From positions 2,811,455 to 2,875,454 of the forward strand of contig OZ316899.1 of NCBI GenBank assembly GCA_973895155.1: a stretch of 64,000 nt of DNA, given 5' to 3'. The notes beneath the pieces were generated by a model, which saw only the letters and a program-made list of their open reading frames with translations, ran no database searches and was not told where the DNA came from. The DNA is from Marsupella aquatica. Lineage: Eukaryota > Plantae > Marchantiophyta. Of the stretch, positions 33,940-43,200 are shown piece after piece. The position numbers and the translations under genes are program-made. Position 1 is the stretch's first letter; each line of letters starts with the position of its first letter.

Positions 33940-34811
33940 TCAGGGAAACACGCCAGGAATGGTCATGTTCTGGAAATCAACACGGCCAAGTTCTTCCTGT
34001 TTCCTCATCTCATCCTCCCGAGTTGGACTGTAAGGAGGAGGTGGCCAGTGAATCGTAAACCGCTCTGCAAATCTCCTAGGCGGAGAATCCCTCAGCCATG
34101 GGATCAGATTGTCACCAAGACTAATGGCTTCGTCTTGGGAGAGATTAAAACGGTTGTGGAAAGCACTTGTCTCCGACCATTCAGGCTGCTCAGTTTCTGG
34201 AACCAAGCCCTCCTCCAAAATGATTGTGGTGTGTCTTTGAAAAGAGGCCATGGAGATTCTCCTCGGGTTATTCATGGTAAGACACCTCTAGGCAGTGGAT
34301 GGCAGATTCAAAGATATAGTTGTCAATACGACCCCGGTCAGCGAAAGAGCTTGAAGATTATCGAAAGTGGGAACAGAAACCACTAAAGCAATAGCGAAAC
34401 TAGGCAGTCGGGATTTAATCTCCCAAGTATTATAAGCAAACCCGTTCGACCTGGATATGCCCATCGTAATGAGGGAGGGGGTGGACGTTGCATCCTCAAA
34501 GTCCCCAAACTACCCTTCAACATGGAACGGTCACTCCCATCTCACATGATAGTTGCGATGTTTATCTTCGTCTCCATTCAAAAATGGTCGACCAAAACCA
34601 GTATTGGAATCCCGAAATGTTTCTGGCATCCAAAGTCCCGTTGTGACATGAAGTGGCCGTTTGGATGAGAAAAATCCGGTACCAGCTCACATGCAAGTCG
34701 TGATAGGCCAAACGAACTTAGAACGGGACAAAAGATTACCTCAAAACTTCCACTGACGTCATCCAGAGCGTACGAGAGAATCATTGTAAGATTGCCTTGA
34801 CCGTCATACAA
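33940..34811 (-). pseudogene. Degenerate ORF of unknown function (~290 codons)
   Basis: ORFs 34578-34811 and 33940-34275 can be joined by a frame switch near 34580 and a few TGA/TAG stops. Begins right after the palindrome at 34818. No recognisable motif. Confidence 0.45.
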
Positions 34812-35613
34812 TTATAGTAGCGCCCGGCGCTAATATTACAGTATTAAAATGTTTACGTTAATAACAGAAGGAACAAACAAAACAGTTGTCGCTGACATGT
34901 GGAAAACACTTAACGGACAATGTTTCCGAAATATGTTTTAGTAGCGCCAGGCGCTAGCATAATTCAATTGAGAAATAGACCCAACATAAACGGAGTTGCA
35001 GGTCAATTGTTTCCGACCACTCGGAATGTCCAGTCTTAGGAAGTAAACTGACCCTCAAAAATGGACAAAACGAAATTGAAAAATATGCGGGTATATGATC
35101 ATGGACATTAAATTATGGTAGCACCATGCGCTACCATAAAAACATTGCAATATAGAGAACATAATAGAATAAAGATACACCACAAAAGTATCCAATGTAA
35201 CGAATATATTTGAATAAATGATGTTTGCAGGTTACATAACAGTAGCGCCCGGTGCTAGTATAACTTCAGTGTATATAAATCCCAAAATACCCTTTCGAGG
35301 CAAATCAATCTGAGAATTCTGATTCACTTGACTCGGACCTATCGGTGGATTCTGCCTCCATGTCTAAAAATTCGTTCTCGGCCATATCATCAACACATCG
35401 ACTACGAATAAATTTTCTATCAGACCCTCTCCTTAATCTCAAACCTTTATGCTCCCAATGGAGGGTCCGCACACTATCAGCTCGTCTAGCAATATTCTCA
35501 GCATAGGAAGGTAGTACAAATGGTTTCTCGGGAGTTTTAATATATCGCCTAGCTACTTTCCTTCTGAGTTGGAAACGCCGGCGAAGATTCCAGTCTGACC
35601 TGAGGACGAGAAG

Positions 35614-35623
35614 TTTAGGGTTT
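35614..35623 (-). promoter_or_regulatory. Telo-box (AAACCCTAAA); second copy at 33412-33421
   Basis: Exact plant telo-box in intergenic spacers, same orientation as the cassette genes. A ~100-codon open frame without ATG follows at about 35600-35308. Confidence 0.35.
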
Positions 35624-35733
35624 TATGTCAACGCCAAGAATATTTTAAAAAATGAAAAAAACCAGAAATCGAAGAGAGAATAAGGTAATCTACTAAAAAA
35701 CCGGGTTTGCTTAAGAGCTTACTCGGAAGCTTC

Positions 35734-38700
35734 TTACTCAGAAGAGTCTCCGCTGTCACTCCCTCCATTAGATCCTGGATCTTCTCCGGTAAGAGACACT
35801 TTGGGACTGTTAGGATCCTCCTCTTCTTCCCCCTCTTCTGTCTCATCCTCATCTTCAGAATCAAAATTTAAGACAGACTTCAGTTTGTCTCTCTTTCGTT
35901 TTGAAATTGAAGACTTTGGAGGGGCTTTGGGCTCAGACTCTTTTGGAGTAAGAAGATCCAGAAATACCTTAGAAGCGGTTTCAACAAACTCCTTCCTATT
36001 CTCGAGTCCAATTACAAATTGACCACAATATCACCTGCAACAAATGTACTCCCCAAACCTACAGCCCAATCCAGAACAATATCTCCTGGACACGTAATTA
36101 GTTCCAACACAGACTGCATGAATCCTGGATGTAGTCTGGCATTCCCGACAAATTCAAGCTCTGGAGTTGTATCAACCTTTGCGAAGGGAAGTCCAATCAG
36201 ATTTGTAATGGAAGGATCCTCTGTTTTTGAAAGGGGTTTGAACTTAGGATCTTTTGGGACTTTCACCTTGGATGATATCCGCAAAAATACATCCAAACGT
36301 AAAGTGAATACCTGAAAAGGGAACAAAATAGAGGAAGGACCCTTAGATTACAATAGCGTCGGGCGCTAGCAAATAATCCACAAAATCATGTTGAATAGTT
36401 TACCTGAAATAAGGTCAAATAAAAAAAGAAAGTAATAGATAATATGAATAGCGCCGGGCGCTAGCAAAAGGATCAACAAAATTACCTATAAATCAGACTT
36501 TGCTTTGTACATTGGGAACCCCATGACGACATTATGTGTACATAGACACTGGAATTTCTTGGACTCCTGACAAGCGGAGATGACCTGCAAAATTTGATCA
36601 TACTCCCCCGTATGGAGGATCGCAATAATTCCGTCATCCGACAAAAAAGGATCCATTTCCCGGAAAAAGGATCGGGCTAGGGTACAGTCGGGGACGTTCC
36701 ATTTAGGGACCTTTCTGTCAAGCAAAGTCGGTTTTAGTCCAATTGGCAAGTAAATAAAACCAGCGTCAACACCAAAAGGTCTTTGCTTCCCACCCCTCAC
36801 CACTCCTTTCAGCCGGCATCCAGATTTGATCAGGTCTTTCCCCCACTTTTCGACATCATTTACCCATTCTGGCTTCTCCTCCTTATTAAACACACTGTCC
36901 ACAAGTTCACTGACACTAGTCTCAACGAAACAATGACGAGACGACTTGGCTTTAAAATCCCCAACATCACGTTGGAGCCCAGTGGCAGCCTGAGAATCGC
37001 GTTCTGATTGTCCAGCATCTCGAGTCCTTCTGCTTTTCTTTTTTGTACTCGTCGCATCGACTGGGACAATCAATTTCCCAGAATTAACTGGTGTAAGTGG
37101 ATCTGGCAAAGCGCCAGTATTTTCTTCTGAAGCTTCTGGAGTAACCTTTGTATCATCTGTGCCATCTGCATCTGACTTCTTTTGACCTATGAACATATTG
37201 CAAAGAATGTGGGATTAGGGCCTTCAAGCAAACACTGATGAAGATTGAATCACAAGAATGGCAGCGCCGGGCGCTAGCAAACATTTGAAAAAAATATTGA
37301 AAACTTACGTTTCTTTCCGGATCGCGTGGAGGCACTTGGCACTGCAGTGTCTATTTTAACTTTCCCTCGTGGCTTGCGGCTCCTATCTACTTGGACAACT
37401 ACTGTCTCACAGATTGTCTGTAACTCCGTAGAAGATTTATTGACGTCGCTAAGGAGACCTTGCTTCATCTCAGAAACAATGTTGGGAAGGATCTGCGACT
37501 TTGCAAGTTTCAGAAACCAATCCTTCTCCACTTCATCAAAGGGTGAATCCCACTTGTCTGTGTCAAGGTACCATGGGCAGTGAATTCTTTCCCACTCGGA
37601 CATTTCCCTTGGGGGTAGTTTACCCTCGGTAGGATACATCGAGTATAAGTCACAAACAAGATCTCCCTCCTTTACAGTAATCCAGTTGTGAAATGCGGCT
37701 GGATACGCCCAAAGAGCATCTGGGGAATGAATTTCCATCCAAATGTAGAAACGATACAAATACCTCTTGGCCCTCTTCTGATTTTTCTTGGTAGATACCT
37801 CTTTATCAGGTATTTTGATGGCCACATGGTGTTGAAGAACTTTGCCTTCACAAGATCCCCATACCTTCGGAATTCACTTGAAATTACTTCAATCAGATTT
37901 TCTACCGAGTCACACCCTGACTGGGCAAGCCTATCAACCGGTAGCATTTCAATCGCTGCGGAAATTGCCGAGTGTAGCATCCCAATTGCAATTCCCTCAA
38001 CGGTATTCCATGTTTTCCATGTGTGGCACCACTGCTTCACTGGATCATCGTTCACACTCGAAGGGTGGAAGAATTGTTTTCTCAACTCTGGAGTACAGTG
38101 AGCAACGAGCAATGTACACCTCAATTTTGGATCAAGCGCCGAAATTGCAGTGAAGAGTCTGGCACGGTCCATAGTGCAAACAACCGAATCTGGTTTTTTC
38201 TCTCGCTTGTTTTTCTCTGTCAAAACATACATCTCTGAACAGGTACCTAGAAAATTTTCAAACTCAGGACTAAGAAGAGGAGTGATTTTGGACATTTTCG
38301 TGGACCAATCTTTAGTAGATTCTTTCAACATGAGCGATTGCCGCTTTGTGATGTCATCAGCCGACCAAGGATTACCTTGACTTGCTGCGAGTGCCATGTC
38401 CATCTTGAACTGGTTAGTGTAAGCTTTAATTTTGTTTTCGCATAAAATATAGACTAGAGCTTCCAGAGGCATTTTTCTTGTGTACCAAGAATATTTTCGA
38501 GTCTTCTGTTTGATATACTCAAACTTTGCATAATTGGCGCTGTCAATGATAGACTTGTAGTGCTCTAGATCGTGAGAAAGAATCCTCCGGATTCTGTCTG
38601 CGTCAAGGATCCACGACGGTTCAACAACGGCATGCCCTAACCTGCAATACGCCAGGTTTTCAATTATTAGCGTCGGGCGCTAGCTTAACTTAAACACTCA

Positions 38701-39571
38701 ATTAGCCTATAAACACTGTATTATTCTATAAACACTCCATAAACACTATATTTATGTAATAACCAAGTATTGCGGAAATTGTTAATTACAAGCTAGGGCA
38801 AAAAATGTACTGGTTCACAGTGTGCATAGCCGCCTCAATCTGAATTTGCAAAGCTTTGTCACCCTTGAAAATTGTGCAGAGAACTCTGGGATGATACTTG
38901 ACGTTGTCAGGATTTTCCTTTGTGACCATCGTCCACGAGTAAAGTCGATGAGTCCCGTCAAACATTGAGAACATTTTGTCTTTCAAGATCATAAAGGCAG
39001 GATCTGCCTCGCACTCCAACTCAAACTTCTCGTTCTCAGCAACCCAAATTGCATCCCAACTCTCCTTGATCTCTTCAGTGCAGATTTGCTCCACACCATC
39101 CGAATCGGTCGGCTGTACAAAAAACCGCATTCCTATCCTGGGATTGTATCCACTACTTCGGAATGAGTCTTTCAATTTCTCAATTGACGCACTCTCCTTC
39201 TGTAACATCCGAACAGCCTCCATGTGGACCAGGCGACAAAGCGGAATCCGTGGAGGTTCCTTCTCATTCCCCCGAAAATCTTTCCCAAACGACATAATAT
39301 GTTTGGAGATGACTTCATCCATTCCAAGTCCTACCTCGTTGCCCTCTCCCAAAGCGTAATCGGTCATGCCATCAGTCTCCATTCTGCCCCTTCTTGGCTT
39401 CTGGCTCGGGAGTGTTGTGTTTGACAAAGGAATCGCTCCGCTTGATCTTGTAACACGACGCGAATAGAATGCCCCAGAGAATGAAGATTGTGTACTCTCG
39501 CAATGACCCTAATCTCCCTCCGGAACCATGGTATACCCTCTTGGAGAGCTTGGAGCGCTTGAAGGTTGCAT
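35734..39571 (-). pseudogene. ParB/Srx-like plus beta-class N4/N6 DNA-methyltransferase-like fusion gene; 4 exons, ~1125 codons, 2 nonsense and 2 frameshift lesions
   Basis: Model: ATG 39571; exons 39571-38811, 38641-37309, 37186-36486, 36311-35734; GT-AG introns with consistent phases (2, 1, 0). TAG at 39509-39511 and 36486-36488; 1-nt deletions near 37825 and 36025. ParB-like IPLCRL...R...IEKLKDSF...G...FDGTHRL. MTase-like PGDIVLDWAVGLGST..AG and CGQFVIGLE. Confidence 0.8.
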
Positions 39572-40017
39572 CGTGGAGCCCCAAAGTTTGCGAAGGTGCT
39601 TGTACGACACAGAGCCAGTGTCTATTCTCACGCTCTGAACAAATTACCATACAAAAAGAACAAGCAGGAAACCTTTAAAACTTGGGTGGTTTACATCATG
39701 GGAGGTAGATCGATGCGGAAGAAAAGGATCTCACTCACCAATCATGACAAGGACAAGTGGCCAATACTGTTTAGAATGAGTATATGTAACGCCTCTTTTT
39801 AACTGGGGTAAGGGAGGAGCGATGATCCGTAGGCTATTCTTAAGGAAGTCAACTGCAAAAAGCGTGAAACAATGAGTACGTTCATGCACTTTACCGTTAG
39901 ATATAACCATTGGGATAATACAAGTCATTCCTTTCAATACTAGCGCCAGGCGCTAGCATTCAAAAACCACTAAAATAACATCATTAACACTGATGTCAGC
40001 CATGATATTATGTCAGC

Positions 40018-40296
40018 TGTTGTAGTGTATACTCCTTGGCCTTGGGCTCGTTTGTTCACGAGGTGTCGGGTCAACCAATCGTAAAGTGTATGATCATAAA
40101 TGAATGAAATCCTTTCTCCTTAATTCCTTCGTGTAAATCAAGATTTCTGTTATGTATGAATGCATGTATGAGTCTTGTGTGCAAGTATCAACGTCGGGCC
40201 GAACACGTTATGTCAACTGTGCACGGGGTGCCGGATACGGGTACGGGGTTGCGAGCCCGGGTTGAGCCTTTGTACTAATGGATCCGGATCGAAGGC
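40018..40296 (+). repeat. LTR fragment G, left part (E-family LTR 3' end) split by element C
   Basis: Reverse complement resembles 25201-25480 (e.g. GCCTTCGATCCGGAT, GCTCAACCCGGGCTCGCAACC, CACCCCGTGCAC). Confidence 0.75.
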
Positions 40297-43200
40297 TGTG
40301 ATGCCTAGCCAGGAATCACTGGGCTAGTTTAAGGGGGAAAGGGAAGTGTACCCTAGAAACACCTTAGTATAGTTACATAAATAAGGAAAATATAAACAAT
40401 TAAGGGTGACTATGGAACCCGAGCCGAGGCCGGAAGTAAGGACGCCAGGGGAGAGAACACGATTAGGGTTAGGGCACGCTAAGTGCCAGCGGCTAGGGGT
40501 AACCAACGGGAGGGAGAACCAGAGGAGGAGAGGGGTAAGGACCGCTCGCGAGGAATAGTAGCTCATTTGCAAGCACGAACTGAGCAGGCGACTACAGGCG
40601 GCCAACTACTGTCAACTGCTTAGGCAAGCGCTCAGCGTGGGGACAGATACCGACTATCAACTCAAGAAGGGTATGAGAAACGTCAATCAAGCGGCACATT
40701 TTTGGGGATGCCTGTTCGAACGGGCAACTGGGTACATTGGGACTTACGAGGACGCAGAATCGGAGAGAGTAGCTCGAGAATGGCTGGAGCTCGCCCGATT
40801 GTGGGAGCTGCAAAAAGCTACCTTCTTAGGAGGAGAACTCATCAAGGCTGAATTCCTGTGGACACCTACTGGCAACGAGCTAGACGACCTGCTGTTTTGC
40901 GAAGACAGAGTTGTCGGCATCCGAGAAGCCATCAAACGCTGCAACGACATACACTGGGAGTTGAAGGGTAGCACGGAGGGGTGGACAAAGGCAACCGTGC
41001 TAGGAGAGACATCCACGACAGCCGAGATGAAGAGGAAGGGGAACAACAATGAAGAGGCCACCCCGGCAAAAAGAACGCGGTCGGCGGCACCAAAGAAGCC
41101 AGCAAAACAACAAAGCAGGAGGCAAAGAGAAGCCGAGGAGGAGGAGGTCGACCCCATCAATGCCATTCCAACAAACGATGACACCTGGAAAGGCTGGGCG
41201 GCGACCCTACCGGAGGAAGTGCAATTACACTTTGCACGGGAGGAGGATGCATGCTTTACAGCCATGCAGACCAAGAAGTACCAAGGCTTCATGGCCGGAT
41301 CCGGCTTGGAAGCCTTCGTAAGATTACCATGGCTGAAGCCGGAGGTGCCGGACTCAGACTTGTTAGAATTCGTGGGATCATGGGAACCCGAGACCAATTC
41401 CACGAGGGTGTATGGGAAGGATTTCTATCTCACTCCCCGGGTGATTGCTGAAGTGTTTGGCTTGCCGATGGGTAATAAGACCAAGGTTGATACCAGGAAG
41501 ACCTTACCTGACAAGGAGTTTCGGTCGATCCCAGGACCATCAACAAAGAATGGCTTCTTCCGGAACACCTGCACCAACCCGCACATCGGAGAGATGATCG
41601 ATTTCTTGCGGGTGACCATGCACTGTAACTTGCCGAGGGCAGAGATCGGCAAGGCTCAGGTCTACCTGGCAGAAAGGCCAGACCCAAGCCGGGATTACAA
41701 CGGGTACCTCCTCAACCAACTGAAGAAGATCTTGAAGGAGGAACAGCAGGTGATCGGCGTGGGAAGTGTGTCCCGGCTTGGCTATCACATGCCACTGTTG
41801 TGCCGGTATGCCAGAAGTCAAATCTTTGCCCCAGTACTTCCCCTATCGACAAGAGCACCGGAGGAGGTCCCGGAGCAGAGGCCGACACCAGAGAAGCCCA
41901 ACCAGCCCGACAGTCCGACAATCGAGCAGGTGTTTAGACCAAGGAAAGAAGACTTGCCAATGCAGCAACCAGGCATGCAGAATCTGCTGAAATTGCTGGA
42001 GAAGGAAAGGAGAAGGGTTCCGGCAATGGCAACAAAACCGGCACCGATACAGGACGCTGCCCGAGAAGCCGATCTAAGCCGGCTTACAAGGGAAAACCCC
42101 TTTACTGGAGTCAAGGAGAGAGGGAGGCCGAAACACGAGCCGGGAGTTCAGATGTATGTAGGAGCCTCAAGTCCCAAAGCCGAGGAAAAGCAGGCCGTAG
42201 CTCCCAGCCACGACAAGGAGAACAAGAGATCAACACGGAAGCCGGAGGAGGAACCAAGACCGGTGAGAGGTGAAGCCGTGTTCACAACAAAACCAGGAGA
42301 ACAGCGGGAGAAGCCGGTAGTCCAAGCCGAGGAGGAGGCGGTAGAGGACTACAGCAATGATGACTTCGGCTACGGGTCGGATCATCATGTTCCAGGAGTA
42401 AGGACCTGTGGTCAGTTCATCCCCACGCTCCCAAGAGTAGTTCGAGGAGACCCAAGCCAGCAGAGCAGCCCCGAGTCTCCCCCACCAGATGTCGCTCCCC
42501 CGAGCTTTGACGGCATAAAACAGACGGCGCAGGAATTTCAGGAGCGAATCAGGGAGGAAGAGGAGGCAGCCCTGGCTAGGGAAAAGGATTTACGAGGAGG
42601 AGAATGGCCAGAGGACATCAGGCGGCTTGCAGAAAAACAAAGCAACCCTCTTGCCACCGTAGAAGAAATCCGCAAGACGGCTTGGGAGCAGAGGCCGCGG
42701 TGGTTGATGCCGATGACTTCTAGTTACTCCACCTATGCTAAGGATAGAGCCATGGAGTACGGGGAAATGTGTGGAGTGCTGGCGCTCAGCATCTTTGGGG
42801 AGGAGTTGGAGCAAGGACCCTTTTTCCAGAGGGAGATGTTGGAGAAGCGCCAATTAGAAGAAGCGGTGGCTTTGGAAAGAAGCAAGAAGGACGAGGTCAT
42901 CCGTCGGCTTAGGGCAAGAGAAGCCAAAATCAAAGACCTGGGGGCGGCCAAGAAAGCCCAAGATGAGTTGCGGATTAAGCGGCATGAGCTAAATATCATG
43001 CAAGGCCAATTGGATACCGCACAGTCTGATAATCGGATTATCGAGAATAAACTGACTCAAACCCAAGGAGAGTTGGCCGATGCGATCAAGGAGCGGGAGA
43101 AGTGGAAGCGAAAGCTGAGGGATGCAGAGGAGGCACACATAACGGCCAACAACCGGGCCATGGCGGAGACCCAGAGAAGGGAAAGGGCATTGAAGGGGGA

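Larger units (their letters stand above)
33167..39955. repeat. Dispersed 15-bp palindrome family TAGCGCCNGGCGCTA (12 clear and 2 degenerate copies)
   Basis: Copies at 33326, 33518, 33798 (2 extra nt), 34818, 34942, 35119, 35243, 36354, 36449, 37262, 38668 and 39941; degenerate copies at about 33167 and 33240. Not seen elsewhere in the window. Confidence 0.95.

Noticed and set aside
33167-39955. Palindromic repeats with unique spacers as a CRISPR-like array
   Set aside because: Spacing is irregular (about 70-1400 bp), the spacers are coding exons and introns, and no cas-like genes are visible.
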